In this document: one piece after another, positions 1 through 13,000 of the stretch | How the letters are laid out: each line of letters starts with the position of its first letter | How positions within the stretch are numbered: position 1 is the stretch's first letter | Origin: Hypanus sabinus | Taxonomy: Eukaryota | Direction of reading: 5' to 3' | Assembly (NCBI RefSeq): GCF_030144855.1 | Contig: NC_082710.1 | Coordinates: 152,148,001 to 152,212,000, forward strand | Length of the DNA: 64,000 bases | Made by a program: the position numbers and the translations under genes | The notes under the pieces: model-generated | What the model was told of the DNA's origin: nothing | The model's database searches: none | The model's input: the letters and a program-made list of their open reading frames with translations, nothing else

Positions 1-493
1 ATGTTTCATGCAAAGAAAAAATATCAAAGGAATTAAAAAATAAACAATTCCACCATGTCATACTTAGAAAAAAGTACAGTGTCTGATACACAGTGGAGTG
101 ACACTGTAGCACAGCAGGTAGAGCCAGTCTCATTTCCTGTAACCAAGATTCAATCTTCCACAAGAAATCTGAAAATACTTGAGAACTTAATGAATCATGC
201 AGAATTGATGAAAATGGAAACAATTTTAACTTTTCAGACTGCAAAGCTTTTACCAAAACAGAGAAGAAGAAAATAGTTTTCAGTTGTAAGAGAGGAAGAG
301 GAGAGATTACAGGATAGAGTGAAAACAGCTTCCTCTTTGGAAAAAGATATCAAAGTCTTCCATTAATCTACTCCAATCTCTTTAACTTCCTGCATTAATC
401 CATTGATTGGGCAAAGTTATAGAGGAGGTCACTCATTCACGGGGTTTGAGAGAGTGAGAGCAAGAGAAATAAAGGAACCAGAATTGTAAAGCC

Positions 494-1860
494 CATAAGA
501 TAGAGGATCAGAGGTAGGTCATTTGGCACATCGAGTCTGCTCCACCATTCAGTCATGGACAGATCCAATTCTTCCAGTCATCCCCACTCCCCTGCCTTCA
601 CTCCATTCCCTTTGATGCCCTGGCTAATCAAGAATCTATTTATCTCTGCCTTAAATACACCCAATGACTTGACCTCCAAAGCCGCACATGGAAACAAATC
701 CCACAGATTTACCACCCTTTGACTGCAGTAATTTCTCTGCATCTCAGTTCTAAAAGGACATCCTCCAATCCTGAAGTCATGCCCTCTTGTCCTAGCATCT
801 CCTACCATAGGAAATAACTTTGCTATGTTTAATCTGTTCAGGCCTTTTAACATTTGGAATGTTTCTATGAGATCCCCCCTCATTCTCCTGAACTCCAGGG
901 AATACAGCCCAAGAGCTGCCAGATGTTCCTCATACAGTAACCCTTTCACTCCTGGAATCATTCCTGTGAATCTTCTCTGAACCCTCTCCAGTGTCAGTAT
1001 ATCCTCCAGGTACTCCATAATCTCAGCCCTAACAATCGATTCCAACACTTCCCAACCACTGATGTCAGGCTAGCAGGTATATAGTTTCATTTCTGCTGCC
1101 TGCCACCCTTGTTAAACAGCAAATGTTAAAATTTGCAATTTTCCAGTCATCTTGTACAATGCCAGAATCCATCACATCTTGAAAGATCTTCATTAAATGC
1201 CTCCACATTCTCTTCAGCTACTTCCTTTGGAACCCAAGGGAACATTCTACCAGATCTAAGAGGTTCAACCACCCTCCCATTAAGTTCCCTGAGCACATTC
1301 TTAGCCATAATTTTCACTGCACAGACTTCAGTTCCCTGACACTCTTGAATGTCCAGTATACTACGGGATGTCTTCCATTGTGAAGACTGATGTAAAATAT
1401 GCATTCAGTTCCTCTGCCATCTTTGTATCTCTCATTACAATAGCTCCAGTGTCATTTTGTATTGGGCTTAAATCTTCCCTCAATTCTCTTTTACCCTTTA
1501 TATAGTTAAAAAAGTTCTTAACATCTTTGTTGACTATCAGTCTTGCTTTTACTTCGGCTCTGACTTCACCTGTCAGCGATAGGGTTGTCCTTCTTCCCCT
1601 TTGAAATTTCTTCTTTTATTTGGAATATATCTGTCTTGCACTTCCATCATTTTTCCACAGAAATTCCAGTCATTGCTGCTCTGCTGTCTTTCCTGCAAAT
1701 GTCCCTTTCCAGTCAACTTCGGTCAGTTCCCCTCTCATGCCATTGTAATTTCCTTTATTCCACTGGGATACTGACACATTGAAATTTGAGAGAGAAAAAA
1801 AATAAAATCCAGAATGAACTCGATCATATTGTGATCACTATTCCCCAAGTGTTCCATGCT
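494..1860 (-). mobile_element. CR1 LINE remnant with internal deletions
   Basis: ORF 578-1048 encodes the CR1 ORF2 C-terminus ([26 protein letters not shown]). The CR1-type 3' tail is near 494 and EN/RT-linker sequence extends to ~1860. Confidence 0.85.
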
Positions 1861-2246
1861 GCTGTATAGGACTTGTACAGGTCAATAACTTTCAGTAGGA
1901 ATGGCCAATTTGGATACAGGCAGAGAAAGTAAACTATCTAAAAATTGAGAATCTAATATTGAGTTTGAAAGTCTGCAACATGCACAGAAGAAAAATTAGC
2001 AGCTGCTCCACAGTTTACATTGTCCTTGCAGTCACAGTGCAAGAGGTCATATATCGGAACATTATAGAATGGAGAGTCTCAATGTAGGTGCAAAGCAGAA
2101 ACAGGAAAGTAGCAATAACCCTAATAGGAGTAGTCTATAATTACCCAATAAAAACATCAGAATCAGAATTTATGTTGTGAAATTTGATAACTATATGACA
2201 GCAGTACAAAATATATGATAAACAGAAAAACCTGAGATACATAAAT

Positions 2247-2298
2247 TATATATATATATATACATGCATATACATATATACACACACATATACATATA
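2247..2298. repeat. (TA)n/(TACA)n microsatellite
   Basis: Directly visible TA and TACA runs. Confidence 0.9.
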
Positions 2299-3370
2299 GT
2301 GCCTATAAAGGGTATTCACACCCCTTGGAAGTTTTCTTGTTTTATAGAATTGAATCACAGTGGATTTAATTTGGCTTTTTTACCCGCCCCCCCCCCCCAC
2401 ACTGAACAACAGAAAAGACTTTCCTGTGAAAGTGAAACAAATTTCTACAAGTTGGTCTAAATGTATTGCAATTATTAAACATTAAATAATTGATTCTATA
2501 ATTATTTACACTCTTTAAGTCAGTATTTAGCAGATGCACCTTTGGCACCAATTACTGCTTTGATTCTGTGTGGATCGGTGTATCAGCTTTATACATATGG
2601 ACACTGCAATTTTTCCCCATCCTTAACAAAATACTCAAGCTCTGTCAGATTACATGGGGATCATGAGTGAACAGCCACCAAGTTCAGCCACAAATTTTCC
2701 AATTGGATTGAGATCTGGACAGGTTTGGCCACTGCAGTTCATGGTTTCTGAGCTACTCCTGTGTAGCTTTGGCTTTATGTTTTGGGTTATTGTTTTGCTG
2801 GGAAAAAAATCTTTTCCCAAGTCACAGTTCTGTTACAGCATTTGCTATGTTAAACATAGTATTTAATCTGATGGCCAAAAAGCTCAATTTTGCTTTCATC
2901 AAAGCATAGAAACTGTTTTTCTGGCTGACTTCAGAGTCTTACATATGCCTTCTGGCAAACTGTAGCCAAGATTTCATGTGAGTTTCTTCCCCTCATTGTG
3001 GCTTTCCCTTGGGCCACTCTCCTATAAAGCTGTGACTGGTGAAGTACAGTTGAGGGCAACTGTTGATGTATGTGCAGGCTCTCCCATCTCAGGCACTGAA
3101 TCTTGCAACAACTCCAGAGCTTGGATGTCTTCCTCACTTTTCCCCCTTTTGCACGAGCGCTGATTTTTTGAGGATGTCCTGCTCTAGACAGATTTACTGC
3201 TGTGCCAAATTCTTGATGATGACTTAACTGTACTCCAACAGATTTGGGAAATTTTCTTGAATCAATCTCCTGGCTTGTGCTTTTCAGTATCCTTTTTGTG
3301 GAGTTGCTTGGAGCGTTAATCTGTCTTCATGGTGCAGAGTTTGCCAGGATACTGACTCTCTAGTAGCTGA
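2297..3370 (-). mobile_element. Tc1-like DNA transposon remnant
   Basis: Starts at a TA run with agtgcctataaagggtattcacaccccttgg, resembling fish Tc1 ITRs. Degraded transposase-like antisense sequence follows; no intact ORF. Confidence 0.6.
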
Positions 3371-3945
3371 ACATAGAACATAGAAATTTACAGCACATAA
3401 CAGGCCCTTCAGCCCACAATGTTGTGCTGACTATGTAACCTAATTTAGAGATTGCCTAGAATTACCCTAGCACATAGCCTTCTATTTTACTAAGCTCAAT
3501 GTACCTATCTAAGGGGCTCTTAATAGACCCTATTGTATCCACCTCCACTACCGCTGCTGACAGTGCTTTCCACATATGACTACTGTCTGTGTGGAAAAAC
3601 TTACCCTGACATTCCCCGGTACCCATTTCCAAACACCTTAAAACTATGCCCCCTCTTGTTAGCTATTTCAGTCCTAGGGGAAAAAAAAACCTCTGGCTAT
3701 CCATACAAACAATGTCCCTCTACATCTTGTACACCTTTATCAAGTCACCTCTCATCCTCCATAACTCCAAGGAGAAAGGGCCAACTACATTCAACCTATT
3801 CTCATAAGGTACGCCCTCCAATCCAGTCAACATCCTTGTAAATCTCCTCTTCACTCTTTCTATAATATCCACATGCTTTCTGTAGTGAGGTGACCAGAAT
3901 GGAACACAGAGCTCCAAGTGGAGTCCTTCCAGATACAGGCATATT
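3371..3945 (-). mobile_element. CR1 LINE 3' fragment
   Basis: (TTCTATG)n-type tail at 3371. ORF 3720-3983 contains HLELCVPFWSPHYRK..ERVKRRFTRML..MRGDLI. Confidence 0.85.
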
Positions 3946-4084
3946 TTTACTGCAATCAATTTAAACTCTTTGACTACACACAAGTTTATATATAGCTAGG
4001 ACAGCAAATTAATGATGTGACTTCTAAAACCAATTGGCTGCAGAAGTGATGCATTGCATTAAGTGCACAAAAACAATGCAGGCA

Positions 4085-4725
4085 TTACAATAAATAACAA
4101 ACAGGACAATAGGGCAAGGTGTCAGTCCAGGCTTCAGGTATTGAGGAGTCTGATAGCTTGGGGGAAGAAACTGTTACATAGTCTGGTCGTGAGAACGAAA
4201 TGCTTCGGAGCCTTTTCCCAGATGGCAGGAGGGAGATGAGATAGTATGAGGGGTGCATGGGGTCCTTAATAATGCTGTTTCCTTTGCGGATGCAGCGTGT
4301 AATGTAAATGTCCATGATGGCAGGAAGAGAGACCCCAATGATCTTCTCAGCTGACCTCACTATCCACTGCAGGGTCTTGCAATCCGAGATGGTACAATTT
4401 CCGAACCAGGCAGTGATGCAGCTGCTCAGGATGTTCACAATACAACACCTGTAGAATGTATTGAGGATGGGGGTGTGAGATGGACTTTCCTCAGCCTTTG
4501 CAAGAAGTAGAGACACTGCTTGACTTTCTTTGTGATGGAACTCGTGTTGAGGGACCAGGTGAGATTCTCCGTCAGCTGAACACCAAGAAATTTGGTGCTC
4601 TTTACGATCTCTACTGAGGAGCCGTCAATGGTCAGTGGGTAGTGATTGCTCTGTGCCCTCCTGAAGTCAACAACCATCTCTTTTGTTTTGGTTACATTAA
4701 GAGACAGGTTGTTTGCTCTACACCA
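4085..4725 (-). mobile_element. Rex1/Babar-like non-LTR retrotransposon 3' fragment
   Basis: Two frameshifted ORFs: MVVDFRR..VKSTKFLGV..LTWSLNT and SCITAWFGNC..IIKDPMHP..LLPSGKR. Confidence 0.8.
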
Positions 4726-5371
4726 GATTTTACTATAGATGTCCAGACCCTATACACCTCCATACTGCACCAGGAATGCCTGAAAACTCTGTTTCTATCT
4801 TGACATCAGACCCAACCATTTCCCCTCCACAATCACTGTCCTCCCATCTAAAATATTCTGATTAGGGATAGTCAGTACAGCTATCCAGAAGTCAGTTAGT
4901 TGCCAGAAGTCATGGTACAAACAGATACCAATTACATAGGCAGAAAAAAGGGAGGGAATCCTGATAAAAGAACAGAGTGAGATAGGGATAAAACTGAGAA
5001 GCAGGAACTCAAGAGTAGTAATCTTGGCATTGTTGCCTGTACCATGCATCAATGATGATAGGAGTAGAATGAGGTGGTAGGTAAATGTGTGGCTGAAGAA
5101 TTGGAGTGGAGGCAGGGATTCAGATTTCTGGAAAACTGGGACTACTTCTGTTCAATGTCTATGAAATGGTTTGTTAAAGCAGCTTGGGCTTGCACCTACT
5201 CAGGGAAGACCATTGTAGATTGGCTGTTGTGCAATAACCCAGATTTATTAGGGAGCTTAAAGTAAAGGAACACGTAGGAGGCACTGATCACTTGTTCTGC
5301 TTGCAATGATAAGTGCCAGGAGGGAGATCAGTGGGGAGAAATGAATGTTTGTTGTCCCCTATAATCTCATT

Positions 5372-6305
5372 TTTACTATGGAGGTCCAGTCCCTATACAC
5401 ATCCATACTGCACCAGGAATGCCTCAAAACTGTTTCTATCTGGACATCAGACCCAACCATTTCCCCTCCACCATCACTGTCCTCCCATCTAGAATCTCTC
5501 CTAGTACTTATCCTTGTAAGCTGAACAAGTGCTACACCTGCCCCAACAACTCCTCCCTCACTACCATTCAGGGCCCCAAACAGTCCTTTCAGGTGAGTTA
5601 ACTCTTCATCTGCGAGCCTGTTGAGGTCATATAGTGTAATTCAGTGTTCCTGGGGTGGCCTCCTGTATATCAATGCAACCCAATGAAGATAGAAAGCACC
5701 TGTACTCCATGCAACAGAAGAAGCAGGACTTCTCAGTGATCATCTTTTTTCATTTCACTTCCCATTCCAGTATGTCAATCCATGGCTACCTGCACTGTCA
5801 CGATGAGCACACACTCAGGTTGGAGGAGCAACACATCATATACCATCTGGGTAGCCCCCAAACTAATGGTATGAACATCTATTTCTTGAACTTCTGGTGA
5901 TGCACTCCTCTCTCCATTCCCCAAGCTCGTTTCCCTCTCACCTCATCTTCTTGCTTGCCCATGACCCCCTCTGATGCTCCTTCCTACTTTATTTTCTTCC
6001 ATGGTCTTCTGTTCTCCCCATCCGGCTCCTCCTTCTGCAGACCTCTATCTTGTTCACCAATCAACTTCGCAGCTCTTTACTTCATCACTTCACCTCCCAG
6101 TTTCACCTTGTTTCTTTCTTCCCCTCCCCCACCTATTACATCTACTCCTCATCTATTTTTCTCTAGTACTGCTGAAGAGTCTCAACCCAAGGTGTCAACT
6201 GCACTTTTTTTTTTAAAATATATATTCCATAGATGCTGGCTGCCTGCCTGCTGAGTTCCTCCTGCATTGTGTGTGTTCTTTGGATTTCCAGCATTTGCAG
6301 ATTTT
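5372..6305 (+). mobile_element. Penelope-like element remnant (RT fragment, GIY-YIG region, terminal repeat)
   Basis: RT-like piece (RPNHFPST) joined to YPCKLNKCYTCP and the EEQHIIYHLGS.Q.NGMNI C-terminus, then a pyrimidine-rich UTR and the recurrent terminal repeat. Confidence 0.75.
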
Positions 6306-8035
6306 TGTTAATGATGCTGGTGAGGTAGTAATTGGTGATAAAGAAATGACAGACAAACTTAATGAATACTTTGCATGTGTCTTCACTGTGGAAGACACTA
6401 GCAGTTTGCCCATGGTCCAGGGTGCAGAAGTGAGTGCCATTGCTGTTACAAAGAAAAAAGCGCGAGCAAACTCAAAGCTCTTAAGTGGATAAGTCACTTG
6501 GACCTGATGGACTACATCCCAGAGATCTGCGAGAAGTTGATGAAGAGGTAACAGATGCATTGATCATGATCTTTTAAGAATCACTTCATTCTGGTTTGGC
6601 CCTGGAGGGCAGGAAGATTGCAAATGTCATTCCATTCTAAGAACGGAGGAAGGCAAAAGAAAGATAATTATAGGCCAGTTAGCCTAACCTCAGTGGATGG
6701 AAAAGTGTTGGAGTCTGTTACCAAGGGTGAGGTTTCAGAGAACTTGGAGAGTGACGCTAAAATAAGTTGAAGTCAGTATCATTTCTGTGAAGGGAAACCT
6801 TGCCTGACAAATCTGTTAGACTCTGAGGAAGCAACAAGCAGGTGGTCAAATGAGAGGCAGTGGGTGTCACTTAGATTTTCAGAAGGAACTTGATGAGATA
6901 TCATAAGATAAAATCCTATGGCATTGCAGGGAAGTTACTGGCATGGACACACGAATGGTTAATAGGCAGGGGGTGTTGAGCGGGAGTAAAAGGGAATTTT
7001 TCTGGTTGGCTGCTAGTGTTAGTAGGGTTTCTCAGGGACCCATATCAGGACTTACTTATCACATTGTCATTGATTTGGATAATGGAATTGATGGCTTTTT
7101 GGCAAAGTTTGCACATGATACAAAGGAAGGTGGAAGTATAGGTAGTGCTGAGGAAGCAATGCGACTGTAGCAGGACTCAGACAAGTTGGAAGAACGGGTT
7201 AAAAAGTTGCAGATGGTATACAGTGTTGGGAGATGTATGATACTGTATTTTAGTAAAAGGAGCAATAGTGCAGGCTATTATCTAAATGGGGAGAATGTTC
7301 GAACATCAGAGGTGCAGAAGAACTTGGGAGTCCTCATCCAAGACTCCCAGAAGGTTAACTTACAGGTTGAGTCTTCAGTAAAGAAGGCAAATGCAATGTT
7401 GACATTTATTTCCAAGGGGAATAGAATATGAAAGCAAGGAGATAAATCTGAACCTTAATAAGACACTAGTCAGGCTGCACTTGGATTATTGTCAACAGTT
7501 TTGGTCCCCATCTCTCAGAAAGGATGTGTTGTCATTGGAGAAAGTCCAGAGGAGGTCACAAAGATGGTTCAATGAATGAATTGGTTAACATTTGTCTATA
7601 GCAGCTTTAGGTCTATACTTACTGGAATTTAGAAGAATGCATAGATAACTCATTGTAACCTATCGAAAGTTGAAAGGTTTACATAGGATGGATAAAGAGG
7701 ATGTTTACAATGGTGGGGGCATCCAGAACTAGAGAACACAGCCTCAAATTAATGGGCAATGCTTTGAACAGAGTTAAGGAGGAAGGTTTTTTTTTAAGCC
7801 AGAGTAGTGAATCTGTAGAATGCTCTGTCTCCACAGTCATGGAGGCCAAACCCATGGGTATATTTAAAGCTGAAGCTGATTATTTCTTGATTGGTCAGGG
7901 CATCAAAGAATATGGTGAGAAGGCAGGTGTCTGGGTTTGAGTGGGATCTGGGATCAGCCACCAGCCACGATGGAATAGTGGAGCAAACATGATAAGCTGA
8001 ATGACTTTATTCTGCTCCTGTATCTTATGGCCTTA
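6300..8035 (+). mobile_element. CR1 LINE ORF2 remnant
   Basis: Fragments EYFACVFTVEDT, IDGFLAKFAHDTK and KKANAMLTFI, ending in a CR1 3' tail. Confidence 0.85.
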
Positions 8036-8079
8036 TAGCTTTGTGAGCGCAAGCCTCATCTCATATGCCTTATTGAATT

Positions 8080-9135
8080 GATTAAGGATATGACAAAGCA
8101 TTGATAAAAGTAATGTAGCGGAAGTGGTGTATATAGAATGTATTAATGTATTTGATAAGGCTTCAGAAAGGTCACTCAGAAATTCGGGAGGCCTTGGATG
8201 TTGTAAAACTTGTCGTGGATTCAGAAATGGCTTGCCACACCCCTGTTCTTTGTGATTGTTATAAATGAATTGGATGAAGAGAAAAGCTTGGTTAGTAGAT
8301 TTGCAGATAACACAGAAGTCGGAGTTGTGGATAGTACATAAAATTGACGTAATGCATGTTACAATGGGACATTAACAGGATGCACAGCTGTGTTCAGAAG
8401 TGCAGATGGAGTTCAACCCAAAATAGTGCAAAGTGATTCATTTTGGAAATTCGAATTGGAGGCAAATACAGTTGCAACGTGTTTACCAGTATGGAGAAGT
8501 GAAGGAATCTTGGTGTCCATGCCTATTGATCCCTCAAAGATCTCACAAAATTTGATAGGGTAAAAAGGTGTACAAGTGCATTGGAGTTTATCAGTGAGGG
8601 AAATAGGTTCAAGAGACATGAAGCAACTTTGCAGTTCTATAAAACCCTGATTATTAGACAACAGTTGGATTTTTCTTTTTAATTCTGGCCAACTCATTAC
8701 AGGAAGGATATGTAAGTGTTAGGGAGATTCACCAAGATGCTGCCAGAATTAGAGCACTTGTCTTATAGTGATAGTTTGAGTGAACCAGGGTTTTTCTCTT
8801 GGAACAAAGCTGGATGAGAGGCAACTTGTTAGAGGTATACATGAGGAAGAGGGAGGTACAGATCAAAGGAATATGCAGAGATTTTTCCCTTAGGGTGGAA
8901 ATGGCTATAAGGGGCCATAACTTTAAGGCAATTGGAGGAATGTACAGGATGGATGTCAGTGGAAAGAAATGAGAGAGTGGTGAGTGCATGAAACATGGTG
9001 GTAGAGGCAGACATATTAGATATAATTTCTTAGGTAGCTACATCGATGATAGAAAATGGAGAGCTGTGTGGGGGGGGGACAAGTTAGATTCATCTTAGAG
9101 TTGTTTAAAAGGTCAGCACAACATTGTGTGTCAAA
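8080..9135 (+). mobile_element. Degraded CR1 3' fragment (second subfamily)
   Basis: Nucleotide similarity to the CR1 copy at 56480-59335 and to 3' UTR fragments elsewhere in the window. Confidence 0.6.
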
Positions 9136-9766
9136 GGGTTGGTACTTTGGTGTAGGTTTCTTGGCTTTATGTCCTATATCCATTACATGATTGGAAGTGC
9201 ATTAATCCTTCTAGCCTCTGTCCATTGGCAGTGAGAAGGAAAGATTTAAGATATGTGCTGCATGTGCCCTGATGAGTTGAGTGATTGTGGGGTCAATGCA
9301 GCAGACCACAGACTTGCACGTGGAATAAACACTGTAAAAGACTGAATGGGGAATGGAAGGAGAAAGGATAGTGGTAGAATCCTGTTGAATATGACAGAAA
9401 GTGTTGAAAGACTAGAGGAGTTGTAGGCAAGTTCCAGGGCAAGCTATGCCAAAGAGGAGATGTGGTTAGAATGGAAGAGCATGATGTAGATATAATATCA
9501 TCAGCTGTTCTTTCAGCTACCATCAACGGAAGCCACAGTTCATGAAGGACAACAGCCTTTGCTATTCATATGGAGTTTCCACACACTTTCTGTCACTGAG
9601 TGGGTTTCCTCCAGATGATCCAATTTCAGCCCACATTGCAAAGGTATGCCAGATCTCCTTCTCACTCATAAGGAAATAGTTAATGGGTGTGTGCAGGTTA
9701 TAAGTAATAAAGAAACATGACTCGATGCATACTATGACAAAACAATGCATTCTGCCCTGAACTCAC

Positions 9767-10042
9767 CTTTTCGGGTCAGGTATGCTTTTCCAACTGCATA
9801 ATAGTTCTTGCATAGTTGCACACAGTCCTTTTCTAAAAAGCTCTTGAAATATTGGTTCATTTTCACATTTTTATCCCATTTCTTTTTGAAGGACTGAAAT
9901 ACTGGATCATGTACAATCCACTCCAGTTTCTCTTTATCAAAGCTAAGTATGTATCTTCCATCATAAGCCAACTTCAGTATCCCTATATTGGGACTGTTTT
10001 CGTTCAGCTGACAACCAAACTGCCCTTGTAAGTAGTGATAAC
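9767..10042 (-). CDS. MHC class I-like alpha2-domain exon (276 nt)
   Basis: Acceptor ttttctttcag precedes 10042 and donor GTGAGT follows 9767. The exon is open and has the H93/Q96, G100-C101, AYDG, K146-W147, C164 and Y171 class I motifs (HLA numbering, by eye). Confidence 0.95.
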
Positions 10043-13000
10043 CTGAAAGAAAATTAAGTATTCATTTACTATTACATCTGGACAATATATGAGCACCCAA
10101 GTCAAAACACTATCATCCCCCTTCCAGCCCCATGGAGAATGCTCAACTCCAGAGGTAATCCTTTCATATTAAGACTGGGAACAGACTCAAGTACATGAAA
10201 TAAACTTTGTTACATGGGAGATAGTGAAAAGCAGGCACCAAGGTCAGTCAGGAATAAATGCTGCAATCCTATATCAATGCCAATACAATTTTCTTTAATG
10301 ACTGAAATATCATTTGTCACTGTTCCCTCCATAATCAACAAAGATGATGCAATATGGATTGTTAATTCACTGAGCTTAACCAGTGTGAAAACTGTGCCAA
10401 TAAGACACATAATTTAACAGTGTCACAGTAAGTTTTATTGATTCCCTCATGTGCATAATTTACAGAATAGAGCAGACAACTTAAAAGTCTTTCTTCTGAA
10501 TGGCATCTTCTTAAAGAAAGCAAAGCTCATGCATTTCCTCAAGCAGAGGGAGTCAATGCAATCATAGGTTCATCAGGTCATAAAGCACTTAAAAAGACTT
10601 TCCTGCAAAAAACAATGATACAAGAAAGCAAAGATGTTCATCTAGGATGTTCATCTCATGCTTCAAAGATGTTCATCTAAGATGTTCATCTCATGCTTCA
10701 AGTTGAAGCTGGCTCAAAGCAATGATATTATCCCACCTATTTCACTCATATGCCTGCCAACTCTGTACATCAACAGTGCTCATTTAACCTGGTAAAATGG
10801 ACATCAGAATCAGAAGGCAGAGTTAGCCTCAGGTTTTTGGAATATGAAGCAGCATCATCATTAATAACTGCTACTCCACATCTGTGGTTTATTTTCAGAA
10901 TAATTCATACATGGGAATGTGTTTTGCTACCCAAAGCATAAATTACCTGACTTTCACACTTAAAACAAAGTGATTGGGTAATGAAATTAATTTTGTACTG
11001 CTGCCCAAACTAAAAAAAAATCCTCAAGGATAACAGTCTGTCCATGTTTTATATGATATAGTCTGAGGCCATTCAACCCACTGGATCCAAGCTATCTGAT
11101 TGAACAATTCCATTCCTCCAATAATATGTCCTTTAGCCTGTCAGACTACACTAGAGGAAATTTAGTCATTAATTAACCTACTGACCTGCAGCAAAATAAA
11201 GAAAATGCTGGAGTAATTCAGATGGTCAGGCAGCATCTATGAAAATGAATCAACAGTCAGCCTATCCAGCCAAGATCCTTCATTCAGACTGGAAACGAAG
11301 GGGGGAAAATGCCAGAATAAGGTTTGGGAAAGGGAAGGAGAATAAGCTAGATAGTGAAGCCGGGAGGATTAGGGAGAGGGATGAAGAAAGAAGTTGGGAA
11401 GGTGATGGGTGGAAAAGGTAAAGGACTAGAGAAGACCGAATTTGATAGGAGAGGAGAGTGGACCATGAGAGAAAGGGAAGAAGGAAACCAGAGGGAGGTG
11501 ATAGGCAGGTGTGGAGAATAGATAAGAGGCCAGTGTGTGGAAAAGAAGAGGGAAGGGGAGGGGGGGGAATTAACTACCAGGTTAATGAAATCAATGTTCA
11601 TGACATCAGGTTTGCAGCTACTCAGAAGGAATATGAGGTGCTGCTCCTCCTACCTGAGAGTGGCCACCTCACTCAAGCCTCCACATTAATCTGTTTACTG
11701 GCACATATCCCTACAAGGGCAGAAGTGCTAAACATGCCTATTGACATACTCACTCTCCTCCATTCAGGGCAGCAAACAGTCCGTCCAGATGAGACCGCAC
11801 ATCACCTGAACCTTTTGGGATTATCTACTGTATCAGATGCTCCCAATGTGTCCTCCTCTACACTAGCGAGACTCCAAATAGCTGGGGACTGCTTTCTCAA
11901 GCACCTCTGCTCCATCTGCAAAATGCATGATTTCCTGGTAAATAACTATTTTCATTTCTATATCCATTCTCATATGTCAGTCCATGCCTTCCGTTTCTGC
12001 CATGATGAGGCTACTCAGGTTGAGGAGCAACACCTCATTTTCCCTATATATGCTTGCAGTTTTAAGTGGCGCTGTAGGGTAATGTATTCAGTGAAACATG
12101 CATAATTAACCACCAACATTGAGCTGGCATTCTATCTAAAAGGATGGTCTGACATGATAACCCAATTACATCAAGTTTTTTGCTGCGCAGTATGTTCAGT
12201 GCTTGGAGGACAATAATGAGTTGATTCAGTTTTCCTTCAAATTTAAACCCCTCTGCTGTTTTATTTCTGAAAACCTAAACTGGTGACCCCAATGCTGTTG
12301 GACTATTCCAGAGTTATTGAACACACATCAGCACATGCATCACATCAGCTAATGTTTTGGGAGTGAAATGCTGCTGCCTAGTTTGTGCAAGCTGAAGCCT
12401 GACCTCTGTGTTGACACCAGACGTTGCTAACATACTGTAATAGCATCACTTAGTAGTTCCACAGCTGTGAGAATAGTGAGCTTAATTGAATACCAGCCTG
12501 AAAGCTCACCCTTTACAAACTTGGGACTTATTGGACTCGAGCATACCAAACAGATGCCTGGGGGATGCTCAGCCTTCAGAACTAATGGACCACCTGCAAT
12601 CTCTTCTGGGAAATCACCATCCTTGTTTAATATTTAAAGAGCCCTTCATGCCGTAAATGTTTGATCAAGTTCACATTACCCCCACTAATGCATGTATGAA
12701 GGACTATAGCGAGCTGGCTAAAATGTCTGATAGTCCAAATTCATCCAGGCAGAGGTGCACAATTCCTCCTCGTTTCCCTGCCTCACTAAGCCTGGTCAGC
12801 AGGACCTCCAACACATGCACACCCCTGGCCATGAATCAGAAAACTCCAGGTCTGTGCTTTTGGCATGCTTACTCTGGTATGATCTCTAGGATGTGTCAAC
12901 TGCCTTGCAGCTTCAACAGTGCCAGTGCATTGGGATATCAGAGGTCTGTGAACACTGCATTCCAGCTGCCAGTGTCATTTACTGTTTAGTACAGAAAACC

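Noticed and set aside
55-276. 73-aa plus-strand ORF
   Set aside because: Overlaps a SINE-head-like fragment, has no recognisable domain and is within chance length.
9293-9526. ORF containing STGFYH, reminiscent of the class I alpha3 motif TGFYP
   Set aside because: No flanking Ig-C1 cysteines or tryptophan and no suitable splice sites; the context looks repeat-derived.
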